Source of the DNA: Candidatus Aenigmatarchaeota archaeon
Lineage (GTDB): Archaea; Aenigmatarchaeota; Aenigmatarchaeia; GW2011-AR5
Direction: 5' to 3'
DNA: 64,000 bases
Assembly: GCA_016187335.1 (NCBI GenBank)
Contig: JACPJW010000001.1
Location: 640,001 to 704,000, forward strand
Each line of letters opens with the position of its first letter. Positions within the stretch are counted from its first letter, which is position 1. Positions 44,659 to 54,015 of the stretch are shown piece after piece. The position numbers were made by a program, and so were the translations under genes. Below the pieces are notes generated by a model, which saw nothing but the letters and a program-made list of their open reading frames with translations, was not told the origin of the DNA and searched no databases.

Positions 44659-44817
44659 ATGCCAACAAAAAAATCTTCAGCGAAGCAAAAATTATACAAA
44701 TGTAAGCACTGCGGTTTTGGTTACAGAGAGAAAAAATGGCAGCGCGCCTGCGAAGCATGGTGCTCGAAGCACAACAGCTGCAACATCATGATAACGAGGC
44801 ACGTAGTGAAGAAGTGA
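44659..44817 (+). CDS. 52-aa Cys/His microprotein
   Basis: YKCKHCGFGYREKKWQRACEAWCSKHNSCNIMITRH; SD GGTGGT. Confidence 0.75.
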   Translation: MPTKKSSAKQKLYKCKHCGFGYREKKWQRACEAWCSKHNSCNIMITRHVVKK

Positions 44818-44819
44818 TT

Positions 44820-45248
44820 TCAGCCTTTCAGTATTCTGAGCACGCATATTCCCTGCGCCGTGCGGAAAAAAACCATTAGTTTGTGGTACTCCCCATCCTT
44901 GACATTCACATTCTCGGTTCTTTTTATGCTGGATTTCAGCGTATCAATTATCCTTTTTATCCTCTCGGCATAAGGCTTTTCCTTGCGTTCGTAGTCGGAA
45001 GCGAATTTTCTTGCAAGCCTCAGGTTATACGCGCAATATTGCATTTTGCCGCTGCGGAAGTTTTCCGAAGCCCTTACAAGATATGTGTATATCCTGAGGT
45101 AAAAAATTATTTTCCTGTGCTCTTTTTGCTCAAAGCTTATGAAGTCTTCTAAATACAACTCTATTTTTTTGAGATCCTGCAGTCGCAACAACCTGTCAAG
45201 CTTTATTTTTTCGAGTTCTTTTAGCCGGAAAAACTTTTCAACTTTCAT
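44820..45248 (-). CDS. Hypothetical helical protein coupled to the amidohydrolase
   Basis: ATGA overlap at 45245-45248. Confidence 0.6.
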   Translation of the reverse strand: MKVEKFFRLKELEKIKLDRLLRLQDLKKIELYLEDFISFEQKEHRKIIFYLRIYTYLVRASENFRSGKMQYCAYNLRLARKFASDYERKEKPYAERIKRIIDTLKSSIKRTENVNVKDGEYHKLMVFFRTAQGICVLRILKG

Positions 45249-46045
45249 TCAAACCACTTCTGCAGGTTTCCAGACAAAATATTTCCCAGATCGCGCATCG
45301 AAATGTTAAGGATACTTGCGACATGAATTATGGATTCCAGCGAATAGTCGCAGCTTACATAAGGAACGTCAGAACCATATACTATGCTTGTTTTGTCCGC
45401 TTTGTCTATGAGGTTGTAAAGGTCAAATACGCTTGTCGCCGACGTTTCGAAATAAACATACCTTGATTTTGACATTTTTCTGATGACCCTGTCCATGTCG
45501 ATAAAAGCTGAATGACCTAAAATAAGGCGGAGTCTCGGGAAATCTTTCACGACCATTTCCAGTTCGACCGATATTTCATTCAGCCCGTGACCTGTATGTA
45601 TCAGCACTGGTAAGTCGTGCTTTTCTGCTTTGGCATATACTTTCATTGCTTCGTCGGATGCAATGTCAAAATGCTGCGAGCGTGGATGCAGCTTTATGCC
45701 CATGAATCCCTGTGATGCACGCTTCTCAAACTCTTCTTTCCATTTTCTTTTTGGATTCAGGCGAAAGAATGGAATAAGCTTTCTCTTGTGGGATTTGTAA
45801 GCGTTGTATACAAAGTCGTTTGGCTTTGAAAAACTCTGGTCGTAGGGATCATTTAGTGGAAATATAACTGCCTTTTCTATTCTGCAGCTTTTGATATCCT
45901 TCATCAACTCATTTAATGAAAAAAGTGTTCCGTCCTTGTCTTTGCCTATGTGTGTATGAGCATCCCATACCTCGAACTGGTCGAAAACCCACTCTGCTAC
46001 CTTGAAAGCTTTCTCGCCAACAAAGTATTTTGTCCATTTAGGCAT
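45245..46045 (-). CDS. Amidohydrolase-superfamily metallohydrolase
   Basis: DAHTH, IKLHP, LIHTG, ILGHS, YGSDVP. Confidence 0.88.
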   Translation of the reverse strand: MPKWTKYFVGEKAFKVAEWVFDQFEVWDAHTHIGKDKDGTLFSLNELMKDIKSCRIEKAVIFPLNDPYDQSFSKPNDFVYNAYKSHKRKLIPFFRLNPKRKWKEEFEKRASQGFMGIKLHPRSQHFDIASDEAMKVYAKAEKHDLPVLIHTGHGLNEISVELEMVVKDFPRLRLILGHSAFIDMDRVIRKMSKSRYVYFETSATSVFDLYNLIDKADKTSIVYGSDVPYVSCDYSLESIIHVASILNISMRDLGNILSGNLQKWFE

Positions 46046-46094
46046 AATGACACAGAAAACTATGAGATTTAAATCTTTTATACATTTTTATTCC

Positions 46095-47027
46095 ATGTTA
46101 AAGATAGGAATCGTTTTTGACAGGGTCAAATGGATTCAAAGACCTTTCGACAAGAGGTACTCTTATTCTTACAGGATTCTGTCAAAGGTGGCAAGACAGC
46201 ACGGCATTGAAGTCTATATAAGCGACCTGAAAAATTACAGGGCGAGAAAATTTGCAAAATGCTGGTTTTGCGAAAAAAGTTGGAAAATACTCCGCAACAG
46301 GTATATTGACATGGTTTTTGACAAAATGAGCACTTCCGGCAGGAATGTCCTGAAAAGAATGCGGGTGAGAATGATGAGGGAATTGCCTATTGTTAACCAC
46401 CCCGAACTGAACGAAATTTCTGAGGACAAGTATCTTTCTTATACGATCTTCCGGGAATATTTCCCGAAAACATACCTTCTAAGCACAAGCGGCATAAGGA
46501 AGGCTCCGGCAGGACTTTATGTAATGAAACCTAGGCACGGCTCAAGAGGAGAATTTATCAGAATAATGGAAAAGGAAAAGCTACAACCGAAGAAAGACTT
46601 TATTTTTCAGGAATTCATCGACACGTCAGGCGGCATTAAGGATGTCATAAACAAAGTTCACGACTTGAGGCTGGTCTCAATAAACGGAAAAATAATCAAG
46701 GCATACCTTAGAGTCCAAAAAAAAGGCATTATAAACAATATGGATACCGGAGAGTTTGAGATTCATATCGAAAAATCTAAAGTACCAGAAAGCGCAGTTA
46801 AAATATTCAGGATAGTTGACAGGAAACTTAGTAAGTACGATTTCAGGTTCTATACAATAGATTTTTTGGTTGACAAAGATCAGAAACCTTGGATATGCGA
46901 GCTAAACACTCATCTGGGTCTGGGGATTGCAGGTAAAAAAACGAAAGAAATATATTTTAACATGTACAGAGAAATTCTGCTTGCTATGAAAAGGTATTAT
47001 CTAAAACTCGGGTCCGGAAAAAACTAG
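46095..47027 (+). CDS. ATP-grasp protein A (degenerate motifs)
   Basis: DKYLSY, VMKPRHGSRG, FQEFID, HDLR, IDFL...CELN. Confidence 0.82.
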   Translation: MLKIGIVFDRVKWIQRPFDKRYSYSYRILSKVARQHGIEVYISDLKNYRARKFAKCWFCEKSWKILRNRYIDMVFDKMSTSGRNVLKRMRVRMMRELPIVNHPELNEISEDKYLSYTIFREYFPKTYLLSTSGIRKAPAGLYVMKPRHGSRGEFIRIMEKEKLQPKKDFIFQEFIDTSGGIKDVINKVHDLRLVSINGKIIKAYLRVQKKGIINNMDTGEFEIHIEKSKVPESAVKIFRIVDRKLSKYDFRFYTIDFLVDKDQKPWICELNTHLGLGIAGKKTKEIYFNMYREILLAMKRYYLKLGSGKN

Positions 47028-47030
47028 ACT

Positions 47031-47963
47031 CTAGCCAATGCAGGATTTTACCGCCTTCATGATGCACCTGCAGATTTTTTTATAGATTTTCTGTTGCCCG
47101 CCCACCTTTATTTTGTAATACAATCGAAATCCGGGATGCGAGTTGAGTTCGATTATCCAAGGCCTCTGTTTCTTGTCAATTAGAAAATCAATCGAATAAA
47201 GCCTAGGAACAAATTTATTGAATTTGCTGTCAACATAATTTGCTATTCTCATGACTTTTTTAGGGATTTTCCTTATTCTTACGAGTCTGCCGCCAAGCGA
47301 AATGTTGCTAATAAGACCCTTTCTAGGAACCCTGAGGTAAAAATCCAGAATTTTTCCGTTTAGAACCAGCAGCCTAAGGTCGTGAATTCCTTTGTACACG
47401 CCTTTTATTCCTGCGGATGTGTCTACAAATTCCTGCACTATATAGTCTTTCTTCAGTTTTCTTAGCCTGTACTTTTCCATTACCTTGACGCCCGCACCAC
47501 CGGCACCGAATCTCGGCTTCACAACGGCAAGACGGTTTTTGATTTTTTTTAATCCTTTCAGGGAAATGGAAGTTTTCGGAACGTACCTTCTGAATAACTT
47601 GTGCGTGAGATATTTGTCGTTGCATAGATCCTCAATAAAAGGGTCGTTCATCATCAATAACACTTTCTTAAATTTTTTTCTCAGGTTCCGCATGAAATCA
47701 TGGTGCTTCCTGTTGAAGCTTAAAACCCTGTCAAAAACGAAATTGACAGGCACGCTTTTCTCTTTTCTTTTTTCAAGCAGGTTCCAGCACAGAAGAAATT
47801 TCCCTCTATTGTACCATTCTGGCTTCGCTACAACGACCTTTACACCAATTTTCTTTGCAACCTCAGAGAATTTCCTATAAGCTTTGAAGGTACTGCGATC
47901 ATTGAAAGGCTTGTTCAGAAAAATGCCGTCAGTATCATTATACGTTATTCCCAGAGTTTTCAT
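47031..47963 (-). CDS. ATP-grasp ligase B (RimK/YheCD-like)
   Basis: CNDKY, VKPRFGAGGAG, VQEFVD, HDLR, SNISLGG, IELNSHPG. Confidence 0.85.
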   Translation of the reverse strand: MKTLGITYNDTDGIFLNKPFNDRSTFKAYRKFSEVAKKIGVKVVVAKPEWYNRGKFLLCWNLLEKRKEKSVPVNFVFDRVLSFNRKHHDFMRNLRKKFKKVLLMMNDPFIEDLCNDKYLTHKLFRRYVPKTSISLKGLKKIKNRLAVVKPRFGAGGAGVKVMEKYRLRKLKKDYIVQEFVDTSAGIKGVYKGIHDLRLLVLNGKILDFYLRVPRKGLISNISLGGRLVRIRKIPKKVMRIANYVDSKFNKFVPRLYSIDFLIDKKQRPWIIELNSHPGFRLYYKIKVGGQQKIYKKICRCIMKAVKSCIG

Positions 47964-47967
47964 GAAA

Positions 47968-49338
47968 TCACTCCGCAAGTCTTGATACAAGCTTTTTTGT
48001 ATTCTCTATGTCCTTTTCAATGTTTCGCGATATTCTGAGCGCAATATCTGCTGCTGCTTTGTTTGGCAAAGATTCTTTATAACCTATTTTTCTTGCTTCA
48101 GAAATTATCTCATCCGACACGGTTTTTTTCTTCTGGACCATTTCTTTAAGCGGCTTAAGGAATTTTTTTCTGTCAGAAGGCAATATCTTGGAAGCCAGTT
48201 TCAGGAAGCGCGAACAGCAAAGCCTTAAATCAGGGCTTTCCATCCCGTAAAGCGCTGAATCGCGCTGCAGCACGTTGTAAACGTAGCTGTAAGGCGGTAT
48301 GAATATTCTGTCGCCTTCCATTTTGAACGGCTCGCGTATCGCAATGTCGCTGTCAACAACATTCACATAATCTTCATGGATTGATTTCAAAATGAACTTC
48401 ATTGTTACAGCCAGCGACGCCAGAACTTCAAACCTGTTCATGTCCATGCCGCGCATCTCAAAAGTGCCGTTAGGGTTTATCTTCACAGGCGACCAGTTAG
48501 TGTCAAGAACAGAACCGTAGAGGGCTAGTGTTTTGATGTTAATTCCCAGCTTCTTGATAAGCAGCGACCATTCCCTGAATCTGTCATCTATCAAGTGCAT
48601 TATGTCAAGAAGCGTGTGATGATAAGGCGGCAGCCCGCCGAAATCGTGGAAATCAGAGTACAAGCCGTCAACGCCAAAAATCCTGCTGCCTCTGTAAAAC
48701 ATCAGCCGCGAATCCTTGCCGTAAAGCCTTCCCTCATAATAAGGCGAAGACTGGGCGAATGTCGTGAACACGGGATCCATCGCAACAAGCATGTTGTAGC
48801 TTCCGACCATTGTCTGGCTTATCCTGGATTTAATGAAAATTTTCAGATGCTTGCTGATGTAATCAAACATGCCCCTCGGCAAGGTATAGTGGCAATGGAA
48901 GCCGATGCAACGGCCGGCAATCTTGAATCTTTCTTTTCCGAATATCTTCTCCTTTATTCCGTAGCCTCCTTTCTTTCTCATTGAAGGGCTGAATTTTCCC
49001 GGATATGTTCCGTAGAAGTAAGGCATGTAACCCATTTTTTCCATGGCGTCAAGAAGCTGCTGGGTTCTTTCAAGCATATCGTGCATTGTGCCAGTTATTG
49101 TCCGGGAAGGAAACGTATCGATTTCAATCATGTTATTGGCGCATTCTTTCTTCGCGTTGCCCGGAATTTTTTCTAGGATTTTGTCTGCAGAATGCGAAAC
49201 ATTGCCATCGCTGTCAATTATCATGAACTCTGCTTCAAGCCCTATCATATGATGTTTCAATGAGCGTTTCCGCATTCCCAAGATTTTTCTTAGGTCCTCG
49301 GCTATTTCTTCTGCTATGTTAGGATTTTTTTCTTTCAT
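47968..49338 (-). CDS. Glutamate-cysteine ligase family 2 (GCS2/YbdK-like) carboxylate-amine ligase
   Basis: GLEAEF, MIEID, GFHCH, SPYYEG...SR, TFEMRGMD. Confidence 0.8.
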   Translation of the reverse strand: MKEKNPNIAEEIAEDLRKILGMRKRSLKHHMIGLEAEFMIIDSDGNVSHSADKILEKIPGNAKKECANNMIEIDTFPSRTITGTMHDMLERTQQLLDAMEKMGYMPYFYGTYPGKFSPSMRKKGGYGIKEKIFGKERFKIAGRCIGFHCHYTLPRGMFDYISKHLKIFIKSRISQTMVGSYNMLVAMDPVFTTFAQSSPYYEGRLYGKDSRLMFYRGSRIFGVDGLYSDFHDFGGLPPYHHTLLDIMHLIDDRFREWSLLIKKLGINIKTLALYGSVLDTNWSPVKINPNGTFEMRGMDMNRFEVLASLAVTMKFILKSIHEDYVNVVDSDIAIREPFKMEGDRIFIPPYSYVYNVLQRDSALYGMESPDLRLCCSRFLKLASKILPSDRKKFLKPLKEMVQKKKTVSDEIISEARKIGYKESLPNKAAADIALRISRNIEKDIENTKKLVSRLAE

Positions 49339-49399
49339 TGATATTCCCGAATAGAATTAGATTTCATTTATTTTAAAGAGTTAAAAGAATAATTCAGCG

Positions 49400-50617
49400 T
49401 TAAGCAATCACGCCGTAGCCGATCAAATGCCATCTTCCGCCGACCTGGGCGGCTATGGCGACCTTGTCGCCTTTATCCGCGCACACGGGCAGTTTTAGTT
49501 TGAGCTGTACAGTTTTACCGCCTGCTGACGTGACTGCGCCCACGGTCTTCGCTATCGCAACTGTTATCAGCAGGGCATCGCCTGTCTTCGGCGGCGAAAC
49601 CTTTTGCTGGCCTTCCACCCCGATGACGTAGCTGAAAAGTTCCACGTTCAGCTTTATTTCCTCGTGCACAGGCGGAAGTTTTTCGGGCAGGCCGATGATG
49701 TTTCCGACAATGCCGTCGCCCCTCGTTATCGCAGGATCCAGTTCTGTTTGAAGCGCTACGAGGCCGCCGGGCTTCGCTTCCTGCAGCTGCTGGCCGGATT
49801 CCACAATCTCGGTTATCTTTGTCCTCATCGGAGTCCATTTTCCGCTCACCTGCACGCCGGGCCGGATCTCGATTTCCTGGTTCACGCGAAGCACACCTTC
49901 CGTAAGCGACCCGCCTGCGACGCCGCCTTCTAATTGCTCAATATCGGTTCCGGGCTTGTTCACATCAAAGCTGCGCGCGACGTAGAACCTGGGATCATCA
50001 CCGAGATTTCTTTCCGGCGTGGGCATAAACTGCTCAATTGCGTCTATGAGCGCGTCTATGTTTGCGTTGTTTATGGCGCTTACGGGAATCACGGGCGCGT
50101 TCTCGGCCACGGTGCCCTTGACGAATTTCTTTATTTCCTCATAGCTTTCGAGCGCCCGCTCCTCGCTGACAAGGTCAACCTTGTTCTGGACAATGATTAT
50201 CTTTCTTATGCCCACAATGTCCAGGGCTTTCAGGTGCTCCGCTGTCTGCGGCTGCGGGCATTTTTCGTTGGCGGCTATTACAAGCAGCGCCCCGTCCATG
50301 AGCGCAGCGCCGCTCAGTACCGTTGCCATCAGTGTTTCGTGCCCCGGGGCATCGACAAAAGAAACAGCCCTTTTCGGCTCGGCGCTTTCAAAGCAGGAAG
50401 AGCATTTTGGAGCATTGCTGTACTTCATGCATTTATTGCAGTAATAGAAAACGGCGTCGGCGTAGCCCAGTCTTATAGTAATGCCGCGCTTGATTTCTTC
50501 GCTGTGGGTGTCGGTCCACTTTCCCGTTATCGCCTGGTTTAATGTGGTTTTTCCGTGGTCGACGTGGCCGACTATTCCTATGTTTACCTCGGGAATCAGG
50601 TCTTTCTTTTCTTTCAT
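49400..50617 (-). CDS. eif2g: Translation initiation factor aIF2 gamma
   Basis: GHVDHGKTT, EEIKRGITIRLGY, DAPGHE, WHLIGYG. Confidence 0.96.
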   Translation of the reverse strand: MKEKKDLIPEVNIGIVGHVDHGKTTLNQAITGKWTDTHSEEIKRGITIRLGYADAVFYYCNKCMKYSNAPKCSSCFESAEPKRAVSFVDAPGHETLMATVLSGAALMDGALLVIAANEKCPQPQTAEHLKALDIVGIRKIIIVQNKVDLVSEERALESYEEIKKFVKGTVAENAPVIPVSAINNANIDALIDAIEQFMPTPERNLGDDPRFYVARSFDVNKPGTDIEQLEGGVAGGSLTEGVLRVNQEIEIRPGVQVSGKWTPMRTKITEIVESGQQLQEAKPGGLVALQTELDPAITRGDGIVGNIIGLPEKLPPVHEEIKLNVELFSYVIGVEGQQKVSPPKTGDALLITVAIAKTVGAVTSAGGKTVQLKLKLPVCADKGDKVAIAAQVGGRWHLIGYGVIA

Positions 50618-50711
50618 TTCAGTTTTTGTTTGTGCGAAATCAATCACCCTTTTTGATGCTCAGAAAGCAAAGCTTTCTGGCATTGCCAAAATCCTTTGGA
50701 TTTTGCGCAAT

Positions 50712-50732
50712 GAAACTTTTTTGAAAGGTTTC
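50712..50732. repeat. Degenerate dispersed palindrome copy
   Basis: GAAACTTTT-TTG-AAAGGTTTC. Confidence 0.55.
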
Positions 50733-50786
50733 CAGGTCGGAAGCAATTGTTCGTCTTTGAATAGACGGATGAATTTTTCCATTTCC

Positions 50787-51200
50787 TTATTGCCCTGCAG
50801 GCGCTTCCGGTTTTTCTTCTTTCTTTTCTTTTGTTCCCAGAATTTCTCCCACAGGCTTGTCGCCGTGCTTGCTGACCTTGCAGTTTATCTGCGCGGTATC
50901 GGGGCTTATCGTGTTGCCGCGCAATAATTTCCTCTTGCGCACGCCTTCCTTTTCTGAAGCAAAAGCGAAGCCTTTCGTGATTATTATTTTCTTTCTTACG
51001 GCGCCTTCCACGTCTTTCTTCATCGGGAACCCCTCTTTGTCAGAGCCGCCTGTTATATGCAGTTCGTAGCCCTGAAGGCCCAGGAATTCCGCGTCAAATG
51101 CGTCGCCTATTTTCTTCCCCATTACAGGGCAGTCCTTCTGGTCTTTCTCTACCTGCCACGAGCGGTTTTTATCACTGACCACGAACTTGAAATTTGGCAT
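50787..51200 (-). CDS. rps6e: 30S ribosomal protein S6e
   Basis: ITGGSDKEGFPM, RKRKLLRGN, QINCK. Confidence 0.95.
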   Translation of the reverse strand: MPNFKFVVSDKNRSWQVEKDQKDCPVMGKKIGDAFDAEFLGLQGYELHITGGSDKEGFPMKKDVEGAVRKKIIITKGFAFASEKEGVRKRKLLRGNTISPDTAQINCKVSKHGDKPVGEILGTKEKKEEKPEAPAGQ

Positions 51201-51385
51201 TTTAACACCTCAAAGTCGAACAGATTTTCAAAGCCGGAAAATCTGAAAGGGAAGAATTAAGACGGAGCAGAAAACTTCTAATTCCGGTTACTTTCCGCTT
51301 TAACTTATCCCAGTTTTTCCAGCCGGGTTTATCAACGAAAATAATTGATAGGAAAATTTAAAAAGACAAGTAATTGAATTGTTGT

Positions 51386-52051
51386 ATGAAAACCCCGGAT
51401 TATGTCGGCAAAGACAGGGAAGAATTTTTGAAACGAATGCTTGGAACAGGGCCTTATTCAATAAATTTTTTAGTCTATGAGATAATTGTTCTCCCGCAGG
51501 TTTTTCTTCCAAGCACGCCTTCTGAATTGATGGCAAAATTTATACAAGTCAAGAAAGGAGACAGAATAATTGATGTAGGAACCGGTACAGGTATTTTAGC
51601 TTTGATTGCCGGGCTGCAAGGCGGAGCGGGTTATGCTACTGACATAAATCCCGATGCCGTAAAGAATGCCGGCATGAATCTGGATAAATACGGCATTTCT
51701 GGCATCCAGACCGCTGAAAGCGACTTGTTTTCAAATGTCCCAAAAGAAACGTTTGACTTGATAATTTTTAACAGACCGTTTTGGGACAGTTATGATGACA
51801 AAAGAATGCAGCATACAGTCGAATTGGGATTTTCAGATCCTACAGGAAAAGTGTTGCCTGAATTTTTGGACCAGTCAAAAGAACGCCTTAACACAAACGG
51901 GAAAATACTTGTCAGCGCAGCCGAGTGGGAAGATTTGCCGCAGGTAGAAAAAATGTTTCAAGAATTTGGTTATGCGTATACGATGCTTGGCAAGATGGCT
52001 AGTAAAAGAGACGAAAGAAGAGTTTACAGAGCTTATGAGTTGACTAGATAA
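51386..52051 (+). CDS. Class I SAM methyltransferase (HemK-like)
   Basis: DVGTGTG, TDINPDA, ESDLF, IFNRPF. Confidence 0.82.
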   Translation: MKTPDYVGKDREEFLKRMLGTGPYSINFLVYEIIVLPQVFLPSTPSELMAKFIQVKKGDRIIDVGTGTGILALIAGLQGGAGYATDINPDAVKNAGMNLDKYGISGIQTAESDLFSNVPKETFDLIIFNRPFWDSYDDKRMQHTVELGFSDPTGKVLPEFLDQSKERLNTNGKILVSAAEWEDLPQVEKMFQEFGYAYTMLGKMASKRDERRVYRAYELTR

Positions 52052-52107
52052 TTTGTTATTTAATATGTTCTTTTTCCGTAGACACTTTTTCTTGGAAGAA
52101 AAAGGGT

Positions 52108-52848
52108 CTACATTGACCCGCCTGAAACAACGAGCACCTGTCCCGTGACGTAGGAGTTGTCGTCTGAAGCAAAGAACAGGGCGGCCTTTGCGATGTCTTC
52201 TGGTTTTGCCAGTCTTTTGAGAGGAATATTTTCAGTGTATTTTTTTATGAGATCGGGCGATGCTGACCCCATCATGTCGGTGTCAACAGGTCCCGGAGCT
52301 ATGGCGTTCACCGTGATGTTGTGCTCGGCAAGCTCGCGGCTCCAGATGCGCGTAAGCGCCGCTACGCCAGCCTTGCTGGCGGCGTATACGGCTGATGATG
52401 AACGGGTTGAGAAAGCCGCAACAGAGGAAATGTTTACAATCCTGCCGTATTTCCGCTTCATCATGTGGGGGACAACGGCCTTTGCGCAGTAAAAAACGCC
52501 CCTCAGATTTGTGTTTATCGTCTCGTCCCATGTTTTGTCGTCTGTGTTGAGCAAAGAGCCGCGCACAAGCACGCCGGCGTTGTTCACAAGAATGTCTATT
52601 CTTCCTAACTTTTCAATTACCGCAGCAATCGTCCTGCTTACTTCTTTCTTGCTTTTGACGTCGCATTTTATTGCAATGCACTTCCTGCCCGACTTTTCTA
52701 TTTCCCTTTTCACTTTTTCAGCAAGCTCTCTGTTCTTGTTGTAAGTTATCGCGACGTCAGAGCCTTCCTTCGCGAATTCCACGGCAATGGCTGCTCCGAT
52801 GCCGCGGCTACCGCCTGTTACCAGCGCGACCCTGTTTTTCAGGCGCAT
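52108..52848 (-). CDS. Classical SDR (FabG-like)
   Basis: TGGSRGIG, NNAG, YAASK, VNAIAPG. Confidence 0.9.
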   Translation of the reverse strand: MRLKNRVALVTGGSRGIGAAIAVEFAKEGSDVAITYNKNRELAEKVKREIEKSGRKCIAIKCDVKSKKEVSRTIAAVIEKLGRIDILVNNAGVLVRGSLLNTDDKTWDETINTNLRGVFYCAKAVVPHMMKRKYGRIVNISSVAAFSTRSSSAVYAASKAGVAALTRIWSRELAEHNITVNAIAPGPVDTDMMGSASPDLIKKYTENIPLKRLAKPEDIAKAALFFASDDNSYVTGQVLVVSGGSM

Positions 52849-52888
52849 AGCTGTAACTTTGAAATAAAATTTATAAAAATGACTAGAA

Positions 52889-53437
52889 TCAGCGATATAC
52901 CTCTTCAAGAAGGAAAACTTCAGGGCCCGGTATGACATCTTCGTGTGCTTTGAGCCAAACTAACGGAAATCTTTCTCTTCCGGCATCCCGCTCCAAAAAT
53001 TTTTCTTTCCATTCAGGGTTCAATGCAGTCTGGAGGCCAAGTCCCTGCCCCTGATAGCCGAAACGGGCAGCTTCCAGAGGATCGCCTTTAAGCGCATGAA
53101 GCAATTCGAGGAAATCAGGCTTTGGTATTTCTACCACGCGTCTGGAAGTTGGGTCATATATTGAAACTATTCTAATTCCCGGATATGCCTCTAAACTTTT
53201 TCTGTCAGCAGCTAAAGCCATAGGGTCGATTCTTCTTAACTGCTCTAATGGCGTATTAGCCCCTTCTCCAAGGATTTCGCCACGTTCGTAAGCATCTCTT
53301 CTGGCGGCTGCAACAGCCTGTCTGAGACTTGCCTGAAAAATTTCGGGTTCTCTGGTTGGTTTCACTATACCCCTGTAGACATTTGAAGGCAGTCTTCCAC
53401 GAAATTCATAAAGAGGTTGGCCAAACATAATATTCAC
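52889..53437 (-). CDS. Hypothetical protein
   Basis: 182-aa ORF filling the gap; no motif recognised. Confidence 0.55.
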   Translation of the reverse strand: MNIMFGQPLYEFRGRLPSNVYRGIVKPTREPEIFQASLRQAVAAARRDAYERGEILGEGANTPLEQLRRIDPMALAADRKSLEAYPGIRIVSIYDPTSRRVVEIPKPDFLELLHALKGDPLEAARFGYQGQGLGLQTALNPEWKEKFLERDAGRERFPLVWLKAHEDVIPGPEVFLLEEVYR

Positions 53438-53523
53438 TACTTATTAGTGATAATATATTATTTAAGCTTTATGTTAGGAAAAAATATATTTTGCAGCATA
53501 TAAATTAAACCTTTCAGCAGATT

Positions 53524-54015
53524 TCAGGCGAACCCCACGACAAACCCCATAAGCATATAGGTCGTGACGAAATTGAGCGCAACGAACAGGATGTATCCCG
53601 GGCCGATGGAGCGGTAAGCCAGAAGAGCGATTGAAAAGGAAATGAGGTGGTAGAAAATCATGGCAAAGACGGCCGCCGTAACGAGCGGAAGCCCGCTGAG
53701 CATTGCCGAAACAGCGCCCGCAGCGGCGTTCAGCGGCATGACGTAAGGCGCGTGCGCAGCCCACCTGATGTTTATCACGTAAAACGCCGCGGCGATCAAA
53801 GCGCCGTACAGCATTCCTGACTTCACGCCGTAGAAATATCCTGAAAGGACGGAGCAGAACAGCAATGCATCAATGCCTGTGCGCAGCCGGCCGGCATACC
53901 TGAGGACAATCTTTGCCGCTATATTAAATGCAAGGGCGATAAGAAATATAATCAAGGCGGACGGCGGCATTAAGAAGAATTGGGAAGAAAGGTTAAAAAC
54001 TAGAACAATCCCCAC
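53524..54015 (-). CDS. Small multi-TM membrane protein
   Basis: About 5 hydrophobic segments, directly downstream of infB. Confidence 0.6.
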   Translation of the reverse strand: MGIVLVFNLSSQFFLMPPSALIIFLIALAFNIAAKIVLRYAGRLRTGIDALLFCSVLSGYFYGVKSGMLYGALIAAAFYVINIRWAAHAPYVMPLNAAAGAVSAMLSGLPLVTAAVFAMIFYHLISFSIALLAYRSIGPGYILFVALNFVTTYMLMGFVVGFA

